DNA of 47,319 bases, taken from NCBI GenBank assembly GCA_005222975.1, contig NJBI01000025.1, positions 1 through 47,319 on the forward strand, in the 5' to 3' direction. Below, piece after piece: positions 38,469 to 47,193 of this stretch. How positions within the stretch are numbered: position 1 is the first letter of the stretch; every line of letters begins with the position of its first letter. Below the pieces are notes generated by a model that was not told the origin of the DNA, did no database searches, and saw only the letters and a program-made list of their open reading frames with translations. A program made the translations under genes and the position numbers. This DNA comes from Promethearchaeota archaeon Loki_b31. GTDB lineage: Archaea; Asgardarchaeota; Lokiarchaeia; Sigyniarchaeales; SOKP01.

Positions 38469-39686
38469 TTATTTTGATATATTTTCTAACTCGTCTAATT
38501 TTTTTAACACCCAACCTCTAAACTCTCGAAAATTTCCTATTGGCGGTATCGGAACCGATTCTATCTGCTTAATCTGCTTAACTTTTTTAACGGGGGATGG
38601 AACCGTTTTATGACCTTCTTCTTCTTTCCGAATAGCTTGGATTGGATTCTCGCGCTTAAAATGCGAAGAGCTTACCGTCGCAGGTTCGCTTCCTCGCTCT
38701 GCGTCAAACTGTGGGAGAGGATAAGGTAAATCGAGTTTGTTTAGGACCATCTGGAACTCCATATGGTCGTCCTCCGTTAAAGAGAAATCGGCGGTTGCGC
38801 GAATCCACTTAGATACGAATTCTTGGGGGATTCCTTTTTCCCAGTGGTGGTTTCGCAAGTAATTGTATAACATCTTGGGGTAGAAAAGCTGTGGTACTTC
38901 TAAATTGGCGGGATTTACTTTATCAAAGCGATAATTGTGAATTAATTGTATAAACTTCTGTCCGATCTTTCGGTTGACTTTCATTATAATCTCGTACTCG
39001 TTAGAAAAGTCTTTTTCTTCTTCTGGCTCGGAGTTTGCATCTCTTCCCGGAAGTTGTTTCGGCCTATCGAAGTTCGGAATCTCGATATCGTAATACAATC
39101 GGGTAAAATCTAAAATCTTGTCCCAATAGATTTGGTTGTAATCCCGAAGGAGTTTAGGGAGGTTATCGGGGTTGCTATTTTCGTTAAGCTGGAGATATAT
39201 CTTAGTCGCTATGCTCTTTATCCGTATCATCTCGTCTAGTAATAACTGCTTGTCGGGATACGAGCGAATTAAGTGCTTTTCGAAAGATAAATCTTGCTTC
39301 TCGGGCTCGTAATTTACAAAAGTCTTGCTCTTCTTGTTGTAAAAAACGAATCTGGTACCGTTTGCCAAACTTTCAACGATTTCACGGGTATTTACTACGC
39401 AGCGCACTTTAGTAGAGTTGATTAATTTCTCGATTTCTTCTGTCTTTGGGTTTAATACGAAGTAAAATGTAGGTTGCTGCGAATAGCTACTGGCTTCGAA
39501 CTCGATTATCTCGTTTAAGTTGTGTATAGCTGCGGAATCGAGGTCTACTACATCGTGTCCGACAGCAAAAACTTGGAGAGAACGAAGGTGTTTCAAATCG
39601 ACGTAGGGAAATATCACCAGGTTCTTTTGCTGGAAAAATAATATGTTTAGAAATTCTGGCGTAAAAAAATCGTATTCAGTATCCAT
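38469..39686 (-). CDS. Hypothetical protein (405 aa)
   Basis: Long ORF with AGGTGAG SD; no recognised motif. Confidence 0.8.
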   Translation of the reverse strand: MDTEYDFFTPEFLNILFFQQKNLVIFPYVDLKHLRSLQVFAVGHDVVDLDSAAIHNLNEIIEFEASSYSQQPTFYFVLNPKTEEIEKLINSTKVRCVVNTREIVESLANGTRFVFYNKKSKTFVNYEPEKQDLSFEKHLIRSYPDKQLLLDEMIRIKSIATKIYLQLNENSNPDNLPKLLRDYNQIYWDKILDFTRLYYDIEIPNFDRPKQLPGRDANSEPEEEKDFSNEYEIIMKVNRKIGQKFIQLIHNYRFDKVNPANLEVPQLFYPKMLYNYLRNHHWEKGIPQEFVSKWIRATADFSLTEDDHMEFQMVLNKLDLPYPLPQFDAERGSEPATVSSSHFKRENPIQAIRKEEEGHKTVPSPVKKVKQIKQIESVPIPPIGNFREFRGWVLKKLDELENISK

Positions 39687-39852
39687 TTGTCAAAAACTCA
39701 CCTGCTACAAAACTTTTTTTTATCCTTATTTTCTTTAATTCTTTCGCTATCATACCATTTTACCACAATTCTACGACAACTTTATCGCTATTTTACTAGA
39801 TTTTTGCTAAAATTTTACAACTATCTTAAGACTATTTTCTTTAATTCTATGA

Positions 39853-40548
39853 TTACCCTCTAAAAAAATCGAAAATTACTTGGATCATCAAGTCTTCGAA
39901 GCACTGTCTAACGCTCTCTCCTTCTAACGCTACGGTTGGGTAAACTACCAGCGATCCGTCCTCGTACGCCTCGGACTGAGGTAAACCGAGTCCTTTCTTA
40001 AAGTCTTCTATGGATATTGGGTTTTCTAAATCTCTTTTGTTGAGCTGTATAACGTATGGTATTTGCTGATCTCGCGTGAAGCTCGTCAGCTCTCGGAAAC
40101 TACGTTTGTTTTGCTCCATCTTATCAGGGTCGGAATCTGCAACGAAAACAACTCCATCAGCACCGTCAAGTACGTACTCGCGGGTAGATAAAAAGCGTTC
40201 TTGCCCCGTAGCCGTCACAATTTGCGTAATTACGTTGTACTTTACTTTAGCGAGGTTCAAGTAAAAGGACAATCGAACCGAATCTTGCCATAGAGTTCTT
40301 CCATCGGTCGTCTCGATTGAATAGCCCTTATTTAATTTCACGCCATCGAACTTTTCGCGCAACCTAAAGTAATTGGTGGTCTTTCCAGACTCGCCGGGAC
40401 CCCAGTAAACTACTTTGAACTGAAGTACCTCTTTTAAAGCGTTTGAACCCGACTTTCCGCTAAAACCTAACTGTTCCTCTCCCTCTCCCTCTTCTTTTTG
40501 GCTTTCTTTTCCTCTGCTACTTTCCTTTTTTTTCGAATCTACGATCAC
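39853..40548 (-). CDS. mglA: MglA-like small GTPase
   Basis: KVVYWGPGESGKTTN (G1), GRTL (MglA intrinsic Arg position), TATGQ (MglA TVPGQ-type G3), GADGVVFVADS, NKRD (G4). Confidence 0.85.
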   Translation of the reverse strand: MIVDSKKKESSRGKESQKEEGEGEEQLGFSGKSGSNALKEVLQFKVVYWGPGESGKTTNYFRLREKFDGVKLNKGYSIETTDGRTLWQDSVRLSFYLNLAKVKYNVITQIVTATGQERFLSTREYVLDGADGVVFVADSDPDKMEQNKRSFRELTSFTRDQQIPYVIQLNKRDLENPISIEDFKKGLGLPQSEAYEDGSLVVYPTVALEGESVRQCFEDLMIQVIFDFFRG

Positions 40549-40571
40549 GGTTTAATTAACCTCGCTCAAAT

Positions 40572-41105
40572 TCAAGTGGATTGAAACACTTTTTTCTTCA
40601 ATTCTCTAAGGTGCATCTTTAGCTCTTGCTCGGTCATCTTCAATTTATTCATGATCATCTGGTCTTTAACGATGGCTTCTTTGATTTTGGAGGCGAACTT
40701 TCTCATTTGTAAGATAAGAACCCCGATGTTAACCTCGTTGTCTACCAAAAGAACTACTAAAATCTCTCTTTTCCCTTTTTTATTGAGCACCACGTCTCCA
40801 ATTGACTTGACGTAAAGCTGTAAATCTTTGTAAATTAAAGTTGCTCTGACTAAAGAGTCGGTTTCGAAAAAATCTTGAGCTTGCCGAGCCACTCCGTACA
40901 GGGCGGCACCGATCGAGCTTAAGTCCCAGTAATTTAGCTTACGGTCGAACCGGGAGTCGATGGCTACGATCTTTGCGTCTTGGTCGATGGCTATTAGCCC
41001 GTAAATGTAACCCCTCCGGGTCAGCATTCCATAATTGTACCTAACTTCGTCTAACACTACGGCAATCTCGTTCTCGTACAAGCTTTTTGGCACGAATAAA
41101 GTCAT
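40572..41105 (-). CDS. Roadblock/LC7 (MglB-like) protein with C-terminal helical extension
   Basis: GLIAIDQDAKIVA..LSSIGAALYGVARQ...VNIGVL.LQMRK pattern; directly upstream of mglA. Confidence 0.7.
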   Translation of the reverse strand: MTLFVPKSLYENEIAVVLDEVRYNYGMLTRRGYIYGLIAIDQDAKIVAIDSRFDRKLNYWDLSSIGAALYGVARQAQDFFETDSLVRATLIYKDLQLYVKSIGDVVLNKKGKREILVVLLVDNEVNIGVLILQMRKFASKIKEAIVKDQMIMNKLKMTEQELKMHLRELKKKVFQST

Positions 41106-41181
41106 TTTTTATTTTATCACCAAAATTTTATAGTTTTATAGTTAGAAACCAAAATATAACTCGAGTATTTAAAGGAAAAAG

Positions 41182-43403
41182 GTGCGACATGAAAGTCTTA
41201 TGTCCGAATACAGGACTTGAAAAGAAGGAAACATAAAGGTGATTTTCAAAAACTGATATTGAGATGACTGATAATGGCTACTTGTCCATGCATCATTAGT
41301 AATGGTGATGTGTGAAGCGGCAAGGACAATGTACCGTCAGCGCTTAGCTAAAAAGCGGGCTGTGGGCTAGCCAAAGAACCTAAGGGAAACGACAGTGAAG
41401 GTGCGATAAACCTCGTTATTATAAATCGGCGAAATTTAGCTGATACGCCGAGACCAAAATGGTGAGTTGCCAGGTAGGAATGGTCTTTTCTCGTCTCTTT
41501 GTCATCCATTGCGCAACCGGGGGAAAGCATCTCCCTAAGGGTTCTATTGAAAGTCGGACATAGGGAACTTGGTAAACCCAATAAGCTCCATACACGTATG
41601 TGGAATGGTATCTTGACCGTGAGGAAAGGGTAAGGCTTAGTGGGCAGAGGATGCTGGAAAAAGCGAAAGTCATGCTGTAATGGCGTGGATAGGGCTATAG
41701 TAACGTACGAACTATAGAGATACCTGACTCGAAAGGGTGCTGACTTCCTAAGCAGGTCTCAACGAAAGAAACATATTGAGAAATCTTAACTGGAGGTGAA
41801 GTTAAACGATGTGTGAAAGCATTGAACAGAACAAAGGGCATGTGGTAGATTGGGATAATATCCAATGGGATAAGCCCAGACGACATGTAAGACGACTTCA
41901 AGAACGGATCTTTCGAGCAACCCGTAATAAGGATTGGGCGAAGGTTAAAAACCTTCAGAAGCTCCTTGTTATATCACATTCTGCGAGGCTTTTAGCTGTT
42001 AGAAGGGTCACGCAGGAAAATAAAGGCAAATATACGCCAGGAATTGATGGGCAAATTTACGCGACTTCACAAGCACGTATTGAATTAGTAGAAGATGTCC
42101 GTCAGACCAATATATTTAATTATAAATGCAAACCGCTTAGACGAGTTTATATTCCGAAGAGTAGCGGAGATAAACGCCCCCTGGGTATTCCAACGGTTAA
42201 GGATCGAGTCATGCAAATGCTTGTGAAACTGGTATTGGAACCCGAGTGGGAAGCACGGTTTGAACCACATTCATATGGTTTCAGACCTGGACGGCGATGC
42301 ATGGACGCTATTTGGCAAATCTGGACAAGTATTAAAATACAAGGAACGCAAAAACGAAGTGCTTGGATTTTGGATGCGGATATTTCTGGATGCTTTGATA
42401 ATATTAACCATGACGCATTGCTTAAAAGAATTCCCGTATTTCGGGAAACTATAAAGCAATGGTTAAAATCGGGTATAATCGAGTTTGGAAAATACTTTCA
42501 GACCAAATCGGGTACGCCACAAGGTGGCATAATAAGCCCCTTACTTGCAAATATTGCACTGGATGGCATGGAAAGGCTCTTTGGAGCGGAAAACTCCAAA
42601 GGAAATTACACTACGCCTTCATCGAGGCGAGGAGAGAATAAAAAGCTGAGCTTGATTCGGTATGCAGATGATTTCGTGGTGACAGCTCCGTCGAGGGAGA
42701 GAATTACAAATTATGTGCTTCCGACACTTCGAACCTTTCTTAAAGAGAGAGGGATGGAATTAAACGAAGCTAAGACACAAATTATGCACCGAGATGATGG
42801 GTTTGATTTCTTAGGATTTACTATCCGTCAATATCATAGTAAAGCGAGGAGAGTATGCTTAGCAAAGCCTTCTAAGAAGGCTGTTAAGCGACATTTAGAA
42901 CACATAAAGACCGTGATTTCAAGGAATAAGCAAATGAGAGCAGACGAGCTGATTTCTAAGCTAAACCCGATTATTAGAGGTTGGGCTAACTATTATTGCT
43001 ATAGTAGCGCAAAGGAAACATTTAATTACATTGATTATCGTATATGGAAGATGCTGTGGCAGTGGTGCTTACGACGTCATCCAAAGAAAGGAAAGCAATG
43101 GATACGGTATCGATATTTTATGAATATCGATAATAAAACGTGGATTTTTGGAGAACGGAAAGAAAATACTTTATTATTTAGTAGATCTTTCCGAGCGGGC
43201 GTACGATATACTCCCGTGAAGGGATATAACAGTCCCTATGATGCGGGTTTGCATGAATATTGGAGTAAGCGTTATAGTAAATCCTGGCGGGAAACAACGC
43301 CGATGTGATCGAGGGTTCTTGAGGCGCGAGCCCCGTGCAGGGAAACCTGCACGCGGGGTTCCTAAAAGAGGAAGAGGATAGCAATATCCTCTCCTTATTT
43401 AAC
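41182..43403 (+). mobile_element. Group II intron (IIB / chloroplast-like class probable), apparently complete
   Basis: 5' GTGCGACATGAAAGTC; domain I closing pair TATGTCCGA/TCGGACATA; domain V GAGCCCCGTGCAGGGAAACCTGCACGCGGGGTTC; domain VI hairpin GAGGATA-GCAA-TATCCTC ending TTTAAC at 43403; IEP in domain IV. Confidence 0.9.
41809..43308 (+). CDS. ltrA: Group II intron reverse transcriptase/maturase, no HNH endonuclease domain
   Basis: VRRLQERIF, TPGIDG, RPLGIPTVKDR, SYGFRPGR, GTPQGGIISPLLANIAL, RYADDF, GFDFLGF, LNPIIRGWANYY; ends after SPYD..L.EYW..R. Confidence 0.96.
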   Translation: MCESIEQNKGHVVDWDNIQWDKPRRHVRRLQERIFRATRNKDWAKVKNLQKLLVISHSARLLAVRRVTQENKGKYTPGIDGQIYATSQARIELVEDVRQTNIFNYKCKPLRRVYIPKSSGDKRPLGIPTVKDRVMQMLVKLVLEPEWEARFEPHSYGFRPGRRCMDAIWQIWTSIKIQGTQKRSAWILDADISGCFDNINHDALLKRIPVFRETIKQWLKSGIIEFGKYFQTKSGTPQGGIISPLLANIALDGMERLFGAENSKGNYTTPSSRRGENKKLSLIRYADDFVVTAPSRERITNYVLPTLRTFLKERGMELNEAKTQIMHRDDGFDFLGFTIRQYHSKARRVCLAKPSKKAVKRHLEHIKTVISRNKQMRADELISKLNPIIRGWANYYCYSSAKETFNYIDYRIWKMLWQWCLRRHPKKGKQWIRYRYFMNIDNKTWIFGERKENTLLFSRSFRAGVRYTPVKGYNSPYDAGLHEYWSKRYSKSWRETTPM

Positions 43404-43719
43404 TGACAAACATGTAAAATATAATTTAGAGGAACAAAGGAAGGCAAGTTGTAAATCCCGCAATTAATCTAGTTATAATGCCAGTAATTAAAGAGATTAT
43501 TGATTTTTTTGTAATCCTTCCTTCTTTATTAATTATCTGTCATAGATTTTATAACCATATCAGGAAAGATTTTGTTGAGAATATATTTGGTTTCAGGTTT
43601 TTCGTTATAGTATTTAATAACATTTTTCTTGAAATCTTTCAAATATTAAGTGAAAGAGATAAGTCACTTTGAGAATGATTTGAAGAAAGATTTAAATTAT
43701 TTCTAAAATCTTTTATATT

Positions 43720-44706
43720 ATGGCCTCAAATCTAGATATATCTTCCTCGATTTATTCATATCTACCATTTTCAGATGATCGAATTCAATTTTTAGATATT
43801 AGTGATTGGACTGGTCAAGCTATAAAACTTAATCGTAAGTTCTATACAGATTTGATAATGAAAGGTATGAAAATGGAAACTTCTTTTCCTGATAAAAAAA
43901 AAGAAATGATAATAGAGCATATTAAGGAAAGAACAGAGGGTGTAGAAGGAGTATATATTCTTATTGGAGATGGAGAGGATTTGGAGGATGGAATAGCTTA
44001 TATTGGCGAAACAGGAAATTTTAAGCAAAGAATGAGTACATATTTCAGTGGGACTTCTAAAGAAAACGAAGATAAGGATTTTTGTTCAGAAATCTTCTTT
44101 TTTTCAAAAAGAGGAAAATTAGGTGGAGCAGGGTTAGGAGAACCACTTCGAAAAGCAATTGAAACGAAATTAATTCAAAAGTCTAAAAAGATCAAACGCT
44201 ATAAAATATTAAACTCTCAGGAAAATTATTCTGGTAAATTAAGCCTAATTCAACAAGATGCTGTAGAACATTTTTATTGGAGTATTAAAATAATACTACA
44301 GCATATCGGAATTACACTCCTTAAAGAAAAAATCAAAGTAATAGAAGAGGATACACGCAACTATTTTATTTGTACAGAAAAAGGTGCTGATGCGAGGATG
44401 TATATGGGTGATACGGGATTCGTTGTGCTTAAAGATTCAATAATTATTAAAGAACATACTCCATCATTATCAAGGCAAAATAAAAAGGTTTGTGGTCTTC
44501 GAGAACAACTGAAAAAAGAAGATATCCTTAAAGAACAAGGAGATAAGCTCATATTATTAATAAATCAAGAATTTTCATCAGCTACAGCTGCAGGTGAATT
44601 TGTCACTGGTGGTCATTACAATGGATTTGATATATGGAAAAAAGAAGAGAATCCTAAGATCACTTTAGGACAATTTCTTAATAATGAGTCTTCTTATAGT
44701 ACATAA
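43720..44706 (+). CDS. GIY-YIG nuclease family protein with C-terminal DUF4357
   Basis: DWTGQA, GVYILIG...AYIGET...R, E..LI; C-term GFVVLKDS...FSSATAA..FVTG...NG..IWK. Confidence 0.85.
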   Translation: MASNLDISSSIYSYLPFSDDRIQFLDISDWTGQAIKLNRKFYTDLIMKGMKMETSFPDKKKEMIIEHIKERTEGVEGVYILIGDGEDLEDGIAYIGETGNFKQRMSTYFSGTSKENEDKDFCSEIFFFSKRGKLGGAGLGEPLRKAIETKLIQKSKKIKRYKILNSQENYSGKLSLIQQDAVEHFYWSIKIILQHIGITLLKEKIKVIEEDTRNYFICTEKGADARMYMGDTGFVVLKDSIIIKEHTPSLSRQNKKVCGLREQLKKEDILKEQGDKLILLINQEFSSATAAGEFVTGGHYNGFDIWKKEENPKITLGQFLNNESSYST

Positions 44707-44848
44707 TATAAGTATAAATTATATAAGAGAACATTCTTGAGGTTATAGTAGCAAAAAAGGATTTATTTTCTTTGGAAATGATCCTATTCTAACAAAATCT
44801 CAAAAGCTAAAAAATCTTAAGAAATTTAGGCCTGTTTTAAGCTTTTTT

Positions 44849-44878
44849 AAATTTTAATCTTATTTATTTTATTTATTT
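44849..44878 (+). repeat. 30-bp direct repeat, copy 1 (upstream of the LRR-TIR gene)
   Basis: AAATTTTAATCTTATTTATTTTATTTATTT, identical to 46529..46558. Confidence 0.8.
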
Positions 44879-45037
44879 TTTATTTTTCCAGAGATATAAA
44901 AATCTTAAATATAGATTAGATATTAGATATTAGATATTAATTATTGGTAGACAGAAATATTTAAAATAGTCAATTCAATAGTTATTCAGGTTTAGTCTCA
45001 AGAAAAAAGTTGCTTTAAAGTTAGAGATCGATTTAAA

Positions 45038-46513
45038 ATGTCTGTTAAATATAAAGGTAAAGAATATAAAGTTCAGTTGAAAAAAAGCTCATTGATAGAT
45101 TCAACTGAATTATTTAAGACTTTAAATATAACTCATCAAGGTATTTCTAATATTAATGATATTATTGGATTAGAAAATCTTTTAGATTTGCAAGTGTTAA
45201 ATTTAGTTGGTAATAAAATTACCGAAACAAAAGGATTAGAAAGCTTTTCAAATTTAAAAGTATTAAAGCTTAACGGTAATAACATCACCGAGATTAAAGG
45301 ATTAGAAAATCTTTTCAATTTACAAGAGTTATATCTATACTATAATAAAATAACTGAAATTAAGGGGTTAGATAATCTCTCCAATCTACAAGAGTTATAT
45401 TTAACCTATAATAATATTACTGAAATTAAGGGGTTAGATAATCTCTCCAATCTACAAGAGTTATATTTATCCCATAATAATATTACTGAAATTAAGGGGT
45501 TAGATAATCTCTCCAATCTACAAGAGTTATATTTATCCTATAATAAAATAGCTGAAATTAAGGGATTAATTACCCTTTCAAATTTACAAATATTGGATTT
45601 ATCTTATAATAAAATTGATGAAATTAGAGGTATGAGCAATTTAAATAAATTAACTCAGCTTAGACTTTTAGGTAACCCCATCTTTAAATGGGCAATAAAA
45701 CATTTTAAAATTAAATCAAATGGTGAAGTTGAAAACATTCCAGAATTGGTTAAGTATTGTCAGCGTGATGAGAAAGAAAAGGATGAAGTTGTTCAATATA
45801 AAAAAGATCAGCAATTAAAGTATGACCAAACTATTCAATATATAAAAAATCTGCCTTCGATATATTACGAAATAGATTTTGAAGAGTTAAAAACTAAAAC
45901 AAAGATGGAGATAAATGAGCTTAAAAATATTATAGAGGAACTGATACTAAATAAACAGATTGAAGCTAAAATTAGGGGAAGTACAATTTTTTTCGCAAAA
46001 TCGTCATCTTCAATAGGAAAGGTTAAAAAGCGTAAAGAAATAATCCCTCAACTATTGGAGAAAGACGAGTATAACGATGCGAGGGCTTTAAACGAAGGTT
46101 ATGGGACGGAAGTTAAATTTTTTAAAGTGTTTTTAAGTTATTCTACCTTAGAGATTTTTTTTCAAATTAAAAATATAGCTAAGATTTTGAACAGTTATCC
46201 TGAAATTAAAGAAACTTTATTTTGGGAAGCGAATAGTGGGGAGAACATCGTCGAATACATGGAAAAAACACTTAAGAAGTGCAACATTTTCGTTCTTTTT
46301 TGTTCGAAAAATTCTCTCAATTCTAAGGCAGTAACTGACGAATGGCAAGCAGCCTTCCAATTAAGAAAGAAAGGATCGTTAAAAATTATACCGGTTTACG
46401 AAGACGAGAGATTCGTTCCCGCTTTATTAACTCCATTGCTAAACGTTAGGTTTTTAGAGGGTGATTTTGTTAATTTTATTTTAAGTTTACGCAAAGAAAT
46501 CTTGAGAGAATAA
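45038..46513 (+). CDS. SDS22-like LRR + PCI/winged-helix-like + TIR domain protein
   Basis: About 8 22-aa LxxLxLxxNxIxEIKGLxxL repeats; YYEIDFEEL...IEELILNKQIEAKI; TIR KVFLSYS...FVLFCSKNSLNSKAVTDEWQAA...IIPV with Glu retained. Confidence 0.9.
   Translation: MSVKYKGKEYKVQLKKSSLIDSTELFKTLNITHQGISNINDIIGLENLLDLQVLNLVGNKITETKGLESFSNLKVLKLNGNNITEIKGLENLFNLQELYLYYNKITEIKGLDNLSNLQELYLTYNNITEIKGLDNLSNLQELYLSHNNITEIKGLDNLSNLQELYLSYNKIAEIKGLITLSNLQILDLSYNKIDEIRGMSNLNKLTQLRLLGNPIFKWAIKHFKIKSNGEVENIPELVKYCQRDEKEKDEVVQYKKDQQLKYDQTIQYIKNLPSIYYEIDFEELKTKTKMEINELKNIIEELILNKQIEAKIRGSTIFFAKSSSSIGKVKKRKEIIPQLLEKDEYNDARALNEGYGTEVKFFKVFLSYSTLEIFFQIKNIAKILNSYPEIKETLFWEANSGENIVEYMEKTLKKCNIFVLFCSKNSLNSKAVTDEWQAAFQLRKKGSLKIIPVYEDERFVPALLTPLLNVRFLEGDFVNFILSLRKEILRE
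45353..45550 (+). repeat. Three tandem 66-bp LRR-coding units with an identical 51-bp core
   Basis: ACTGAAATTAAGGGGTTAGATAATCTCTCCAATCTACAAGAGTTATATTTA starts at 45353, 45419 and 45485. Confidence 0.95.
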
Positions 46514-46528
46514 AGAACGAGAATTTTC

Positions 46529-46558
46529 AAATTTTAATCTTATTTATTTTATTTATTT
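46529..46558 (+). repeat. 30-bp direct repeat, copy 2 (just after the LRR-TIR stop; probably a T-rich terminator)
   Basis: Identical to 44849..44878. Confidence 0.8.
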
Positions 46559-46688
46559 ATTGTTTGCTTTTGTATGTATTACATAGGAAAAGTCTACCAC
46601 TCAATGATTTTAAATAGTTCGCAATTTCTATTGTAATATAGGACAAAAAAAACAATTTCATTATATTTAACAGGGGAAAAAAAGATTT

Positions 46689-46913
46689 ATGAATGAGCTC
46701 TATATTGATTTGCTGGAATTAATAAAGGAAGATTACTTCACAAAAGAGATAATAGCCCTTTTGGAAGATAGATACGATTTTTGTGCTTATGGAAGCGTTA
46801 TTGAAGGGTTGTCTGAATTTAAAGGTTATACTTCTCCTTTTTTAAGGTATCTGGAAAATGCTTTTATGCCTAATATTTGTTGTTTAGATTTCAGAAAACG
46901 GATAATTTATTAA
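46689..46913 (+). CDS. Small hypothetical protein
   Basis: ATG ORF of 74 aa, protein-like composition. Confidence 0.55.
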   Translation: MNELYIDLLELIKEDYFTKEIIALLEDRYDFCAYGSVIEGLSEFKGYTSPFLRYLENAFMPNICCLDFRKRIIY

Positions 46914-46968
46914 TTTTTCACAATAAAGATTTTTTCTTCTAAATGTTCCTGATTTAAATCTATTCATT

Positions 46969-47193
46969 ATGGTAGTATTCGATTATTTCGAAGAGGTTTT
47001 AGGAGGAATTGAGTATTTAATCGCACTTGGTTCGATTATGGGCTTATTTGGGATCTTAATTGGGATGATTTGCCTAATTTGGGGCGGTCAGCGGTATCGA
47101 TATAAGATGATTGGCGTTATTATCGCGTCCATCGGACTTTTGGCTGTGTGTGGGCTTAACACGGGGATTAAATACTTCAGGATTTTTAGATAA
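46969..47193 (+). CDS. Small two-TM membrane protein
   Basis: Two Gly-rich hydrophobic helices joined by a basic loop (GGQRYRYK). Confidence 0.65.
   Translation: MVVFDYFEEVLGGIEYLIALGSIMGLFGILIGMICLIWGGQRYRYKMIGVIIASIGLLAVCGLNTGIKYFRIFR

Noticed and set aside
41348-41901. Short minus-strand ORFs 41348..41581, 41419..41673, 41695..41901
   Set aside because: Antisense to structured intron RNA domains I-IV
43478-43672. Listed 64-aa plus-strand ORF
   Set aside because: Phe/Ile-rich antisense-like composition; the opposite strand has only a 38-aa fragment
44770-44850. Integron attC site after the GIY-YIG gene
   Set aside because: An imperfect inverted repeat exists (AAAAGCT..AGCTTTT) but no matching RYYYAAC/GTTRRRY boxes and no integrase
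1662-45318. Numerous short ORFs nested in or antisense to long genes (e.g. 1662..1910, 12000..12359, 21002..21313, 25674..25991, 42260..42454)
   Set aside because: Shadow ORFs overlapping well-supported genes, with no motifs of their own
41809-45550. Diversity-generating retroelement (RT plus nearby repeats)
   Set aside because: The RT is a group II intron IEP embedded in full intron RNA; LRR repeats are tandem coding units and no TR/VR pair with adenine-specific differences is visible
45353-45550. CRISPR array
   Set aside because: 66-bp in-frame coding period with near-identical 15-bp intervals; no unique spacers or cas genes
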